A stretch of DNA of 64,000 nucleotides from Candidatus Hydrogenedentota bacterium. GTDB lineage: Bacteria; Hydrogenedentota; Hydrogenedentia; Hydrogenedentales; SLHB01. A program made the position numbers and the translations under genes. Below are positions 1-12,621 of this stretch, in pieces. The notes beneath the pieces were generated by a model. The model saw only the letters and a program-made list of their open reading frames with translations. It was not told the origin of the DNA and did no database searches. The stretch's first letter is position 1, and each line of letters begins with the position of its first letter. The stretch covers positions 1 through 64,000 of the forward strand of contig CAVUWV010000010.1 of assembly GCA_963745075.1 (NCBI GenBank). Reading direction: 5' to 3'.

Positions 1-707
1 CATCCTGAATTCGATTGCCTATATGGTCTATTCGGTGCTATTCATCGTGTTGGGCATGGCGCTCTTCGCCTCTTCAAGATTCATCCCCTTCCGGAAGGCA
101 CCAAGTACGAGCACATGTTTCCCTACTTCATCGGCGCACAAATGCCGGTCGTGTTCAAAGGGTTATATCGTCGCCATCTATGCCGCCGCCCAGTCCAGCG
201 TGAGTTCCGGGATCACCGCCGCGACCTCCGGGATCTTTTCCGATTTCTACGTACGCCTATTTCACGGCCAGGTGTCTCCCGAGCAACACGCGCCGGGCTA
301 TCCCAACATCGCATGGTGTGGTTCTCGCGCATTTGCGCCGTACTACTGGGGTTCTTGTCACCATCTTCGCGCTCGAATTCAAACAACTGGTGGACAGCGG
401 AAATCTTTTCGAAGCCTTTCGTAAAGTGGTCGGCATATTCGAAGGCTTGCTGATACCAATATTCCTGCTGGGCATGTTTTCGCGCCGCACCGGAACCCTG
501 GGCGTCATGATCGGCGCGATCCCGGGTTCGCGGCCGCCTTTTACTGGAGCTTTTGCACGACCCTCGGGTTCGGTTGGAACACGGTCGTCGCGTTTGTCGT
601 CACCATTGGCGTCGCTCACGTCGTCAACGTCTTCACCGGTGCGCCAACTCCCGAAAAACTGCGCTGGACCTGGAAGGCGATCATGGACCGGCCGGATATG
701 CGGTTGA
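1..707 (+). CDS. Sodium:solute symporter (SSS family), C-terminal part, partial and frameshifted
   Basis: Hydrophobic segments spread over ORFs 23-424, 115-453 and 318-707; SSS-like motifs 'AIYAAAQSSVSSGITAATSGIFSDFY' and 'IPIFLLGMFSRR'. Confidence 0.65.
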
Positions 708-732
708 CCGGTATGGAGGAGGTGTTTACGAA

Positions 733-2222
733 ATGAAGGGATTGACGCTCGCCGTATCCTCGCGGCGTTTTGCGTGGTGTCGTTGGCCGAGCCGTACGCG
801 CTCGGCGGCGACAAGTTTCTGTTCCTCGATTCCTTTCTGCTGGATTCGATGGATCACGCCGAACTCCAGGTGAACCCGCCCGGTCAGACGAAACTGGTTG
901 TCATTGCGGACAAACCCTGGGAAGCCGGCGGCATTACGAGCTACGGAAACGCCTTCTACGATCCCATCGCGAAGGAATACCGCCTGTATTACGTGCCGGT
1001 CGCCTGGGACGTGGAACCCGGCTTCGGTTTCGCCCTAGCCACGTCGCAGGACGGCATCCATTGGGAGAAGCCCAATCTTGGCGCGGTCGATTGGAACGGT
1101 TCCACGGACAACAATTTCGTGCTCTACGCGCAACGGGAAGGAACGGTCATCGTCGATCCCAACACGCCAATCGAGAAGCGGTACGCGCTCATTTCGAGCC
1201 ATCCGGATCTCAAGACCCGCTTGTTTACGTCCCCCGACGGCATTCACTTCACCATGGACGAGACGTCCATATCCGCGATCCATTCCGACAGCCAGATATC
1301 CACATTCTGGGACGCGGACCAACGGAAGTATTTCCACTTTCCCCGCGTGACGCCGGACCACTGGCGCGCCGTGGGCGTCGTGACGACGAAGTCCATGGAC
1401 GAACCGTGGCCGGATGAAATCCCGATGGTCATGTCCGGCGATGATCGCGATCCCCCGGAAGTGGACCTCTACACAAACGCGTGTCAGAAATACGCCCTGG
1501 CGCGGAATGCCTACGTCGGATTCCCCACGCCCTATTACCACTGGAACGCACCGGGCCGCGCGTATCTGAACGCGGCGACGCTCGCCATCGGTGGCAAGAC
1601 CAACGACGGCACCATCGACACGCAACTCGCCACCAGCCGCGACGGCATCCATTGGACGCGCCATCGTCAGCGCTACATCCCGCTGGGCGTATACGACGGC
1701 TGCGACATCAAGGTTGCCATGGCGATTCCCGGCATCTTCTACGAAGACGACATGCTCGTGCAGTTTTTCATGGGCTACGCCTTCACGCATGGCGATACCC
1801 AGGTCCGCTACGGCAAGGGCGGTCGCGAGTTGGGCGGCGTGTTCCGCGTCGAGCAACGGATCGACGGATTCATTTCGCTGGACTTCGCGTACGAGGGCGG
1901 GAAAGTCACGACGGCGCCGTTCACATTCACTGGGAATCAACTGGTGGTCAACGTGAATACCACTGCCCCGGGCGAACTGCGCGTCGCGATTCTCGACGCC
2001 GACGGAAAGGCCATTGAAGGGTGCGGACTCGACGACGCACACATCGTCAACGGCAATTACTTGCAGAAGACCGTCGAATGGAAGGACGGCACTACGGATG
2101 TGAGTGCCCTCAGTGGCAAACCGATTCGATTGCAGTTCGACGCTAGGAATACGAAGCTGTATTCGTTCCAGTTTGTGGACTGTTCGTCGTTCTTGGAGGA
2201 CGCAACTTGGCCGTCATCCTGA
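733..2222 (+). CDS. Secreted beta-propeller glycoside hydrolase-like protein (GH32/43/130-like)
   Basis: ORF 774-2222 has repeated S-x-D-G-x-x-W/F motifs; RBS GGAGG plus ATG at 733 with a signal-like N-terminus in another frame (probable indel). Confidence 0.65.
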
Positions 2223-2293
2223 GCGCCAGCGAAGGATCTCTGACCCGTTGAGCGATTGCGTAAAAAGATCCTTCGCTGGCGCTCAGGATGACG
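2212..2293. repeat. REP-like palindromic element with 28-bp perfect inverted arms
   Basis: CGTCATCCTGAGCGCCAGCGAAGGATCT (2212-2239) and its reverse complement (2266-2293). Confidence 0.9.
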
Positions 2294-2327
2294 ACCTTTG
2301 CATTGGTATGCGGTAATGGGAGTCACC

Positions 2328-3895
2328 ATGTCAATTCGCAGCAGAATCGCACTTGCGGCAGCGACTTCGTCCTCGTGTGCGTATGCACCCACGCCGCCGA
2401 GCAACCAAAACAACCATTCGCCACCACGCCCAAGGCCGTACCGAGCTACAACATTCGCACCTTCCCATCCTGCGACCCCGTAGACATCAGCCCCGGACCG
2501 CAGCTCTTCATTGACGATTACCTCATCGCGTCATCACACGGCCTCGCCCGCGTTACGCGATCGCCCGAACGGTACGAAGGCAATCCGATCCTTGGATGGC
2601 AGCAGCACACGACCCAACCCTACGTGACGGTTCTCCATGATTCGGATACCGGCCGGTTCCGCATGTGGTACAACGACCGCGTCGGAAAGGAGTCCGCCAT
2701 CGCCTATGCAGAGTCCGCAGACGGCAAGACGTGGGAAACTCCGAATCTCGGCATTCTCGGCGATACGAACCGTCTCATGGTCATCAGCGCGCCCTTTCAG
2801 AATGGATACGGCGTCAGCGTGATCGATGACGGGCCGGATCACACACCCGCCGACCACCGCTACAAGGTCGCGTGGTGGGGACAGTCCAAACCATGGCCGG
2901 ACGGCGATCCAGGTATGCGCGTAGCGTTCTCGCCCGACGGACTGCATTGGACACCGTACGACGGCAATCCCGTGTTGCCTGACTTCGGTGAAGAATGGTT
3001 TCTGGACGATCCGCGCCGGCCCTATGGTGTGGGCGACATCATCGACGTTTTTCGCGACCCCTATCGCAACCGGTACGGCGCTCTAGTAAAGACGCCGGCC
3101 GTGCCCGCGGACAATCTCGAGACCGGACCCCGGGCCCGCACCTACATCCGCCGTCTCGTCAGCGCGTCCTCGAGCGACGACTTCATGCACTGGGAACGAC
3201 CCTGGCGGGTGATTGTTCCCGAACCACGAGACAAAGACCTGCTCGAATTCTATAGCGCGGGTGGCACCATCGCCCGAGGCGGTCTCCTGATTTCGTTCGT
3301 GCGGATGCTCCACGACGACTATCCCGCCGAACCCGGTGGCGAGGCCGAAGGCATCGGCTACACCACCCTCGCGACCAGCCGCGACGGCAAGCATTGGGAG
3401 CGGCACGACGACATCTTCTTCGATCGCAATCCCGAACCGGGCGCCTGGGATCGCGCCATGACGTGGGTTGGCAGCGTGATTCCGGTGGACGATCGGTACT
3501 ACATTTACTACGGCGGCTACGCGCGCGGACACAAGTCCGATCCGCTCAAGGAGCGCCAACTCGGATTAGCCTTTCTCCCGCTTGACCGCTTCGTCGCGCG
3601 CACCGCGACCGGTGCGGAAGCGGGAGAGTTGGTGACCGTACCCCTCACGAACCCCGCGCACGGGCGGCACCTCTACCTCAACGCCGACGCATCGGCAGGC
3701 GAGATTCGCGTCCAACTGCTCGATGAAGACGGCATCGCCCTGGAAGGTGCGACCTACGACGACGTGCCCGCCGTGACGGACGATGGGCTGCACGTCGAAG
3801 TCGCCGGACTCGCGTGGCCGGAAGACTGCGACACGGCCCGTCTCGCTTTTCGCCTCAGAAATGCTAGTATCTACGCCTTTGAATGGGGCGACTAA
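2328..3895 (+). CDS. Secreted beta-propeller glycoside hydrolase-like protein, paralog of the upstream gene
   Basis: ORF 2288-3895 has SxDGxxW repeats, 'QLFIDDYLI' and a C-terminal 'LYLNADA..GEIRVQLLD'; likely ATG at 2328 with a frameshift in the signal peptide. Confidence 0.65.
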
Positions 3896-3926
3896 CCGAA
3901 GTACGTAATCGCAGTTCGAGACCAAC

Positions 3927-5034
<1,108 letters not shown>

Positions 5035-5058
5035 GGCGCTGGGAAGGAGCGTTTTTCC

Positions 5059-6237
5059 GTGAAGATCACTGAAATCAAAAGTTTCCTCTTGTCCAAACCC
5101 CGCGACCTCCACATCATCAAGGTCGAAACCGACGCCGGCATCTATGGGATCGGCGAAGCCGGCTGTTCCACACGCGAACACGCGCAGGACGGCATCGTTA
5201 AGCACTTCCGCGAGTTTCTCATCGGCATGGACCCCATGCAGATCGAGCACATCTGGCAAGTCATGTACCGCAGCGCCTACTACGAAGGCGGCCGCGTCAT
5301 CACCGGCACCATGGCCGCCATCGACATGGCCCTCTACGACATCGTCGGCAAAGCCTTGAAGGTGCCGGTGTATCAACTGCTCGGCGGGGCGTGCCGAGAC
5401 CGCATTTTCGGGTTTTGCACGGTCGGGGGACTCAACGAGCCCGAGTGCATGGATCGGGTCAAGACCGCCGTCGACGAAGGCTGGCCGTGCATTCGGTTCT
5501 CGTCCGCCGACGACATTATCCCGCGAGCTTTGCGTGTAGACATCCAACACGACGACCCGACGAACGTCTTCGATGTGCGCGCGTCGATCCAGAGCACCGC
5601 AGAACGGATCACCGAGGTCTACGAGAAGACGCCGAAGGAGGTCGTGCTCGGGATCGACTATCACCACCGTCTCAGTGTCGTCGAAGCGGCCCAGTTCTGC
5701 CAACGCATTCCGCGCGGCAGCCTCGGGTTCCTCGAAGAGCCCATCCGCAACGAGAACCCCGACGCCTACGCCACGCTGAGGACCATGACGGACGTTCCCT
5801 TCGCCATCGGCGAAGAGTGGCCGAGCAAATGGGCGGCCCTGCCGTATATCGAACGCGGCCTCGCCAACTACGCCCGCGTCGACATTTGCTGCATCGGCGG
5901 CATCACCGAAGCGAAGAAGGTCGCGGGTTGGTGCGAAGCCCATTACATCGACATGATGCCCCACAACCCGATCGGTCCGGTGTGCACGGCGGCGACCATC
6001 CATTTCGGCGCGGCCATCAACAACCTGACCTATCTCGAAGTCGTGCCGTCCTTCAACGAAGGCGCGAACGACGTTTTCCCCGAAATGCATTTGCGCCACG
6101 GCAAACCGTTCTATCCCCTCCCCACGAAACCGGGTCTGGGCGTGGAATTCGACGAAGATGCCGCCGCCAAATATCCCTTCGTGATGCACGAGCACCCCCA
6201 TCTCCAGCGGCCGGACGGCAGCTACACAAATTGGTAA
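5059..6237 (+). CDS. Mandelate racemase/enolase-superfamily sugar-acid dehydratase (galactonate dehydratase-like)
   Basis: 'IKVETDAGIYGIGEA', 'AIDMALYDIVGKALKVPVYQLLGG', DYHHR, EEP, GEE and MPHNP motifs. Confidence 0.85.
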   Translation: MKITEIKSFLLSKPRDLHIIKVETDAGIYGIGEAGCSTREHAQDGIVKHFREFLIGMDPMQIEHIWQVMYRSAYYEGGRVITGTMAAIDMALYDIVGKALKVPVYQLLGGACRDRIFGFCTVGGLNEPECMDRVKTAVDEGWPCIRFSSADDIIPRALRVDIQHDDPTNVFDVRASIQSTAERITEVYEKTPKEVVLGIDYHHRLSVVEAAQFCQRIPRGSLGFLEEPIRNENPDAYATLRTMTDVPFAIGEEWPSKWAALPYIERGLANYARVDICCIGGITEAKKVAGWCEAHYIDMMPHNPIGPVCTAATIHFGAAINNLTYLEVVPSFNEGANDVFPEMHLRHGKPFYPLPTKPGLGVEFDEDAAAKYPFVMHEHPHLQRPDGSYTNW

Positions 6238-6337
6238 TACCTGAACGGCGCCTTGAACGCGAGGAATCTGGGCCTTTACACTTCCGATTAAGCAGCTTGT
6301 GGCGATTGACGGGTAAACCTTTACGAGGAGAAAACCG

Positions 6338-7027
6338 ATGCGAAAAGTCGTCCGTTGCGCAGTACCTTTCGCCGCGTTGCTTATTTTCACAGGTGCGGCA
6401 TCCGACGAAGAGTACAAGTCGATCTTTGACGGCAAATCCCTCGACGGATGGGATGCCTTGAACATGAACTACTGGTCGGTTGAAGACGGCGCTATCACGG
6501 CCGAGTCCAGCGAAGACAATCCCTGCACTATGAACCAGTACCTCGTTTGGCAGGGCGGAGACGTTGCCGACTTTGAACTGAAGGCGAAGTTTCGCCTGGC
6601 CAACAACAGCGGCAACTCCGGTATCCAATTTCGCAGTGTGATTTCACCGGAAGGACAGGGCGTCGGTTATCAGGCGGATATCCTCCCTGGCGGCGAATGG
6701 CTGGGGGCGCTCTGCGATGAATACACCTCCCGAAAAGCACTCGTGGCGCCGAACGGACACAAGACCGTGATCGATGCGGACGGAAAGTGGACGACGACCA
6801 GCCTCGGCGATCCGGTCAAACTCAAGGAACCCGGCGAGTGGAACGATTACCACGTCGTCGCGCGTGGCAACCACATCATCCTCGAAGTCAACGGCCAGAA
6901 ATCCGCGGAAGTCATCGACAACGAAGTCGGCCGTTTCCATGCGAAGGGAATTCTTGGACTCCAGCTCCGCTCCGGTCCCCCCATGAAAGTCCAATTCAAA
7001 GACATCTTCCTGAAGCAACTGGACTGA
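6338..7027 (+). CDS. DUF1080 / 3-keto-disaccharide hydrolase domain secreted protein
   Basis: Signal peptide, 'IFDGKSLDGW', 'NSGIQFRS', 'GEWNDYHV', 'GILGLQL'. Confidence 0.85.
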   Translation: MRKVVRCAVPFAALLIFTGAASDEEYKSIFDGKSLDGWDALNMNYWSVEDGAITAESSEDNPCTMNQYLVWQGGDVADFELKAKFRLANNSGNSGIQFRSVISPEGQGVGYQADILPGGEWLGALCDEYTSRKALVAPNGHKTVIDADGKWTTTSLGDPVKLKEPGEWNDYHVVARGNHIILEVNGQKSAEVIDNEVGRFHAKGILGLQLRSGPPMKVQFKDIFLKQLD

Positions 7028-7063
7028 CCGCGCGCCTACTGCCCGGCGAGCACCCGTCTACAC

Positions 7064-7090
7064 CGTCATTCCCGCGAAAGCGGAAATCCA
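7064..7090. repeat. Single REP-like unit (GTCATTCCCGCGAAAGCGG type)
   Basis: CGTCATTCCCGCGAAAGCGGAAATCCA hairpin between convergent genes. Confidence 0.55.
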
Positions 7091-9888
7091 TCTTCATTTC
7101 TTGGTCTCGCCGAATTGGTTGAACGGCCAGACTGCCGCTTTTCCTCTAACCTGTGCATGATCGCTGCAACGCACGCATCGCGTCCCTCCAGCCACGCCGA
7201 ATACGGCAGCGGAAACAACGGGAGACCCGCGCGCTGAAACATACGGTACCGTTCCAAACTGAACGCCGTCGCGTACGCCCCCGGATAGCCGATGAGATCG
7301 ATCCCGATCGATCCGCCTTCATGCTCTGCCATAATATCGATGTTCATTCCGGCCACAGGGTACGACGCAAATGTGTGAATTCCCCGTTGTATGAGCGCGC
7401 CGCAGACTTCAGTGAGAAATGCGTCACGACTTTGCATGGAAGGCTGCGCGCCCGCCGTTGGCGTTGCATCGGCGTAACTCAAGTACCGGCGCAACAGCGT
7501 GTCCGAATCGAGTGACGATGCATCCACGGAGCAGTATACGTGTTGAAAGTTCCGCGCGCGCGTGATGGCAACGTTGAATACGTTTGGGTTGTTCAGAAAA
7601 CGATACGTCGCAGGGTGAGACGTTGGGTCCACCACCAGCGAAAGGTACATGATGTCGCGTTCTTCGCCTTGGAACGTGTGCGCGGTCCCGACGAGGAAGT
7701 CGTGTTCTTTCAGGACATCGAGCGAAAATCGCGATTCCACCAACGACACGAGGTGGTCCACCTGGTCGCGGAAGGGGCTCAATATCCCGATGGACGACGC
7801 GGTGGACCGGGGGAGTGGCTCCTCCATTGCGACGCGATGTGCGACGTCGCGGATTAGTTCCTGTGCTTCTTCCCGGTTTACGCCTTGCGCATTTCGCGCC
7901 CCGTTGACGCGATGCAGGCTCAGTGCCTTGAACGTTGCTGTCTCGGGCCGGCGGGTCATAATTCGCAACGCGCCGGCATAGAACTCCCGGTTGCTGAATT
8001 CGATGATCTGCGGCAGACTCCGGAAGTGTTCGTCGAGAAACATGACCTGTTCCTGAGAACCAATCGATTCGTTAACGAGGTCCAGGATACTTTTGTCTCG
8101 GTATTGAAAGGCCTGCTGCTGGGTTTCATCCAACCCGAATTCCTCGGCGGCGCTTCGTTGCCGGGCCTTCGATAGAAACGATACGTGTCGCAACTGATTC
8201 GGATCTCCGACGATTGCAACACGTCTTGCACGCTGGAGCACGGGTAAACAACTCGCCATGTCGCACTGCGTTGCTTCGTCGATAATGGCGACGTCAAAGA
8301 GCTCGTCTTGGAGCGGCAACACCTCCGACACTTCCGACAGGGTGACTAGCCAGATCGGAAAGGTCTGAAACAACACCTTGAGATCGATCTCGCCGAACAT
8401 CTTCTCCTTCTTGCGATCCGTCCGGCTTCGGATTGCGTGAAGAAGCTTGGTGAGGTCAGCGCGGTGTTTCGCGATCATCAGATCGAGACGTTCTGCGACA
8501 AGAGACCGGAGAAGTTGCGTGGTCAATGTCATTCTTTGATCGAGCAGGCGTTCGTAGTTTTCCGTCGATTCCCAAAGCGGATCACGGCTGGATTTGCGCC
8601 AGTTCAAGTATCCCAGACGAATGCGGCCCCACCAGTCGCCGCTCGAGTGGGTCTTGACGAGTCCCCACCGTTGTTCCAAGTCACTGAGCTTCTCCAGTCG
8701 GCGTTCCAGCTTATGTACAGATCGAGCCGTGGACGTCAGCTTGCGACGAGCATTCGCTGATTGCTGCGTTTCCTGGCCGCCTCCGGGTGCAATGCCCTGT
8801 AACAACAATTCCAGGTACTTTTTGAGTTCGCGAACCGATTCTTCTCGTCCCGCGCGGATGACGCAATGCGACGGACCCAACATGGTTTCGATCTTGTCGC
8901 GGATCACGTTAATGGCGTGGTACATTCGCGACGCGATGAGAACCGACTGTCCCCGGCTCAGTTGATCCAGTGCCAGCGCGGCTATCGTGTATGACTTGCC
9001 CGTTCCCGGTGGTCCGATGACCAAGGTCAGCGGGTTCGTGTATACGGAGTGCATCACGTCCTGTTGTGCCTGGCTCAACACCGCGGGCACGCACGATTTC
9101 GATGATCCGCGCGTAACGGTGCTTCCAGTCGCATTCTCCCTCCCAAGGAGTACCTGTAGCGGCGTGGATAGACGCGCGTTGTCCGCCATTTCGGATAATT
9201 CGTAAAGGACCCCTCGCGTGTCCGGTGAGTTGGGAAGGAGTGCCATCGCCGCCGCACTCAGGCAAGCGAGAGGAGGGGCGCTTTTGGGGCGCTCCTGTTT
9301 CATGGCGCCGCGTACGGCGCGCTCGTTTGCAATCGCCGGGTATTCCGCTAATCCCCAGAAGTCGATTCCCGACGCGAAATCGGACAACAGCGCCATCAGG
9401 CGTTGCACGTCGTCTTTCTCAAAGGGCGGCTCCGGCAGATCGGCCAGGAGCTGTTCGACGAATGAGTCCGAAATCTCGCCGCCGCCTGCCAATGCCGACA
9501 GCACTGGAAGGTTCACGCGCTGTTGTTCCAGGTTGGCCCGGAGCATCCAGCCCCGGTCCGTCTCGGCAATCTCGGCGGGGTAGAAAAACAGGGGCGCACA
9601 CAGATTCACCGGCAAGGGGCTCGGCTGTGGAACCTGTCCCACAATAGGAAAGGCGCAATAGACAAGCGTCTTTTCCTTGCGGTGAAGATTGGCTTCCTTC
9701 GACGCGGCCTCCGCGATGACTGGTTCGAGGGGGATATCATTGAGCAACCCCCGCAGCAGATCTTCCGACTCACGGACAAAGGTCAGGTGACGAACCTTGT
9801 CGTGGAACAGGTTCGTAATCAACGTCTCACGATTGTCTGCCTCGTAACACCGGCGGAGATGTCGAATGATCTGTGAAGAGTTTGCCAT
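7066..9888 (-). CDS. Superfamily 1 (UPF1/DNA2-like, AAA_11/AAA_12) helicase with a C-terminal restriction-endonuclease-like domain
   Basis: GPPGTGKS, IIDEATQ, VGDPNQL, EHFRS, FQGEERD and FNVAITRAR motifs; C-terminal 'YPVAGMNIDI...IGIDL'. Confidence 0.8.
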   Translation of the reverse strand: MANSSQIIRHLRRCYEADNRETLITNLFHDKVRHLTFVRESEDLLRGLLNDIPLEPVIAEAASKEANLHRKEKTLVYCAFPIVGQVPQPSPLPVNLCAPLFFYPAEIAETDRGWMLRANLEQQRVNLPVLSALAGGGEISDSFVEQLLADLPEPPFEKDDVQRLMALLSDFASGIDFWGLAEYPAIANERAVRGAMKQERPKSAPPLACLSAAAMALLPNSPDTRGVLYELSEMADNARLSTPLQVLLGRENATGSTVTRGSSKSCVPAVLSQAQQDVMHSVYTNPLTLVIGPPGTGKSYTIAALALDQLSRGQSVLIASRMYHAINVIRDKIETMLGPSHCVIRAGREESVRELKKYLELLLQGIAPGGGQETQQSANARRKLTSTARSVHKLERRLEKLSDLEQRWGLVKTHSSGDWWGRIRLGYLNWRKSSRDPLWESTENYERLLDQRMTLTTQLLRSLVAERLDLMIAKHRADLTKLLHAIRSRTDRKKEKMFGEIDLKVLFQTFPIWLVTLSEVSEVLPLQDELFDVAIIDEATQCDMASCLPVLQRARRVAIVGDPNQLRHVSFLSKARQRSAAEEFGLDETQQQAFQYRDKSILDLVNESIGSQEQVMFLDEHFRSLPQIIEFSNREFYAGALRIMTRRPETATFKALSLHRVNGARNAQGVNREEAQELIRDVAHRVAMEEPLPRSTASSIGILSPFRDQVDHLVSLVESRFSLDVLKEHDFLVGTAHTFQGEERDIMYLSLVVDPTSHPATYRFLNNPNVFNVAITRARNFQHVYCSVDASSLDSDTLLRRYLSYADATPTAGAQPSMQSRDAFLTEVCGALIQRGIHTFASYPVAGMNIDIMAEHEGGSIGIDLIGYPGAYATAFSLERYRMFQRAGLPLFPLPYSAWLEGRDACVAAIMHRLEEKRQSGRSTNSARPRNEDGFPLSRE

Positions 9889-10288
9889 GCTTTCCAGTTT
9901 CTATCCGGGTCATCTGTTCATGCCAGTTTTGTTGGCGGGCACATTGTGCACGAGCGGGCTTCGAGGGGCAATCCGTAGAGGATCAGGCGAAGGTCGGGCC
10001 GAAACCTGAACTCGGCGGTAATTGGTCGGGGTCTCCGCCACGTTCGATTCCGAAGAGTGGCGAAGTATCGTTGCTTTTCGGCGGTTGCCCGTATAAACTT
10101 CGTCACCACGTGTCCGGAGGTCAAATCGAGGATATGGGTCTGCGATTTGCCGTGGTGACCATATCGCAGCGGTACCGATTGCCGACGATTGGGGTGCAGT
10201 GGTGTCGGAAGGCGATCGCGCATTACGCGTTCCCTCGGCATTGGGTCGTAGTCTATACCAACTCATCTGTCGATTAGGAGACCTTGAT

Positions 10289-10774
10289 ATGGGTATGGTT
10301 AAAGAGTTCAAAGAATTCGCGATGCACGGCAACGTCGTGGACATGGCGGTCGGCATTATCATCGGCGGTGCGTTTGGAACGATTGTAAAAAGTCTCGTGG
10401 ATGACGTCCTGATGCCGCCTATTGGTGTGCTTCTCGGCGGAATCGATTTTTCGGATTTCTTCCTTGTGCTCAAGGAAGGCCCCGAGACGGCCGGGCCGTA
10501 TGTGTCACTGGCCGGCGCGCAAGCAGCACATGCGGTGACGATAAACTACGGTGTCTTTGTGAACGCGGTAATCAGTTTCCTTATCGTCGCATTCGCCGTA
10601 TTCGTGCTGGTCCGCGGTATCAACCGGCTACGCCGCCAGGAAGACGAGGCGGTCGCTGAACCGGACACCAAGGAGTGTCCGTTCTGTGTATCAACCATCC
10701 CAATGAAGGCGAGCCGCTGTCCGAATTGTACTTCGCAACTCGGCTCGACCGATCCCATAGCCAATACTGAATGA
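10289..10774 (+). CDS. mscL: Large-conductance mechanosensitive channel with a C-terminal CxxC...CxxC tail
   Basis: 'KEFKEFAMHGNVVDMAVGIIIGGAFGTIVKSLV', 'INYGVFVNAVISF'; RBS AGGAG. Confidence 0.95.
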   Translation: MGMVKEFKEFAMHGNVVDMAVGIIIGGAFGTIVKSLVDDVLMPPIGVLLGGIDFSDFFLVLKEGPETAGPYVSLAGAQAAHAVTINYGVFVNAVISFLIVAFAVFVLVRGINRLRRQEDEAVAEPDTKECPFCVSTIPMKASRCPNCTSQLGSTDPIANTE

Positions 10775-10802
10775 GTTTGACGCGACCTGGTAAGGAGGAT
10801 TC

Positions 10803-11672
10803 ATGAGCGGTTCGCCAGCAATCAGTGCGAAGACACAACTTTGCGCCGTTATCGGCAATCCCATCGGCCATAGCATGTCCCCGGCCATCCACAACGCGGG
10901 CTATGACGCAGCCGGGTTGGACTTCGTGTATGTCGCGTTTGAAGTCGAGGACGTAAGGGGGGCGCTGGCCGGGATGCATGCGTTCAATGGGTTCCGGGGA
11001 ATGAGCGTCACGATCCCGCACAAGGTCGAAGTCATGAAGTATTGCGATGAGGTCGCTGACGTCGACCGGTCCATCGGCGCGATCAACACGATTGTCCACG
11101 AAGACGGCAAACTGATCGGCTTCGGCACGGACGGACCCGGCGCGCTGAAATCGTTGACGGATAACGGCGTTGAGGTGGACGGTAAGAATGTATTGGTCAT
11201 TGGCGCAGGTGGTGCGGCGCGCGCGATCACCTTTACGCTGGCGTGGACGACAAAGTTGAACGAACTGGCATTACTCGACATCAACGAGGACCTGCTGAAC
11301 GGTCTTTCCTCCGACCTTCGATCCGGTACGAAAGCCCGTATCAAAGCCGAGCTTTCGACCGAGAAGTCATTGGCGGCCGCCGTAGAGAGCGCCGACATCA
11401 TCATCCATTGCACCTCCATCGGCATGCACCCCAAAGAAGGCGCTTCGTTGATTCCGCCTGACCTGTTCCATTCCGGGCAAGTTGTCTTCGATATCGTGTA
11501 CAACCCGCTGGAAACGAAACTGTTGAAGGATGCCAAAGCCAAGGGCCTGAAAACCATCCCTGGTGTCGAAATGTTTGTCAATCAGGCCGTGCTACAATTC
11601 GAGCGCTTCACCGGTGTCGAGGCCCCCGTCGAAGTCATGCGCAATGTCGTAGTGGAGAACTTGAAGTCATGA
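10803..11672 (+). CDS. aroE: Shikimate dehydrogenase
   Basis: GNPIGHSMSPAIHN, SVTIPHK, GAINT, GAGGAAR, DIVYNPLET. Confidence 0.95.
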   Translation: MSGSPAISAKTQLCAVIGNPIGHSMSPAIHNAGYDAAGLDFVYVAFEVEDVRGALAGMHAFNGFRGMSVTIPHKVEVMKYCDEVADVDRSIGAINTIVHEDGKLIGFGTDGPGALKSLTDNGVEVDGKNVLVIGAGGAARAITFTLAWTTKLNELALLDINEDLLNGLSSDLRSGTKARIKAELSTEKSLAAAVESADIIIHCTSIGMHPKEGASLIPPDLFHSGQVVFDIVYNPLETKLLKDAKAKGLKTIPGVEMFVNQAVLQFERFTGVEAPVEVMRNVVVENLKS

Positions 11673-12171
11673 ACATCGTCTTGATTGGCTACCGCGGTAC
11701 CGGCAAAAGCGAAGTGGGGAAGCTGCTGGCCGAACGGCTCGGGATGGAATACGTCGGCATGGATGCCCGGATCATCGAGAAGGCCGGCATGTCCGTGCCC
11801 GAAATCGTCGAGAAACACGGCTGGCCGGGGTTTCGCGACATCGAGACCGAAGTCGCCCGAGAATACGCGGCGCGTGACAACCTCGTCGTCGACACCGGCG
11901 GCGGCGTCATCGAACGCCCCGAAAACATCGAAGCGCTTGGTGCCAACGGTCGAATCTTCTGGCTGAAGGCGTCCGTCCCCACCATCGTTTCCCGCATTCA
12001 AGGTGACACCGAACGCCCATCCCTCACCGGCCAGAAGAGTTTACGGACGAAGTCGCCGAAGTCCTCGAACGCCGGACCCCCATCTACGCGGCCTCCGCGC
12101 ACCACGAAATCGACACGGATCCCCTGACGCCCGGGGAAGTCGCGGAACGAATCCAGTCGGTTATAGATTAG
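11669..12171 (+). CDS. aroK: Shikimate kinase, frameshift near 12040
   Basis: 'LIGYRGTGKS', 'GWPGFRDIE', 'DTGGG', RPSL; the C-terminal 'ERRTPIYAA..IDT' continues in a shifted frame to TAG at 12169-12171. Confidence 0.9.
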
Positions 12172-12207
12172 CGATACTCGGTTGGCCGCGGCGCGGCAGG
12201 ATACGGC

Positions 12208-12621
12208 TTACACCTGTCCCGTTCCCACAACGCCCGTCACCGACACGATCAGTTCGTTGCTGCTGTTGATTCCGTGGGCTTGCAGAATGAAATCCACGGT
12301 GTACAGGTTGAAAACGGCCGTATCGCGCGAAATGATCTCGTATGTTCCGGAAACATTGCCACCGCCGCCTTGCGAGATCACCAGGACGTAATCGACGGTA
12401 CCGTCGTTGTTAAACGTCAGGCTCTCCGTCGAGTTCGATGGCTGACTCCCAAAAAGCAATTCTGTAGCGCGAACATCGTTTACTTGCAAGACGATGGTCG
12501 TTCCCGGCAACTGCTGGAACAGGTTGACCTCTTTGGCCGAGTATTGGCCTTGCATCGGGCATCCTGTAAAACCGGCCACAATCACCAGCCCAAGCACAAC
12601 GGTAGCATACGTCGTTTTCAT
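12208..12621 (-). CDS. Hypothetical lipoprotein
   Basis: Signal peptide with lipobox FTGC; RBS AGGAG. Confidence 0.65.
   Translation of the reverse strand: MKTTYATVVLGLVIVAGFTGCPMQGQYSAKEVNLFQQLPGTTIVLQVNDVRATELLFGSQPSNSTESLTFNNDGTVDYVLVISQGGGGNVSGTYEIISRDTAVFNLYTVDFILQAHGINSSNELIVSVTGVVGTGQV

Noticed and set aside
10667..10740. Cys-rich tail on MscL as a novelty
   Set aside because: MscL proteins with a CxxC...CxxC extension are a familiar variant.
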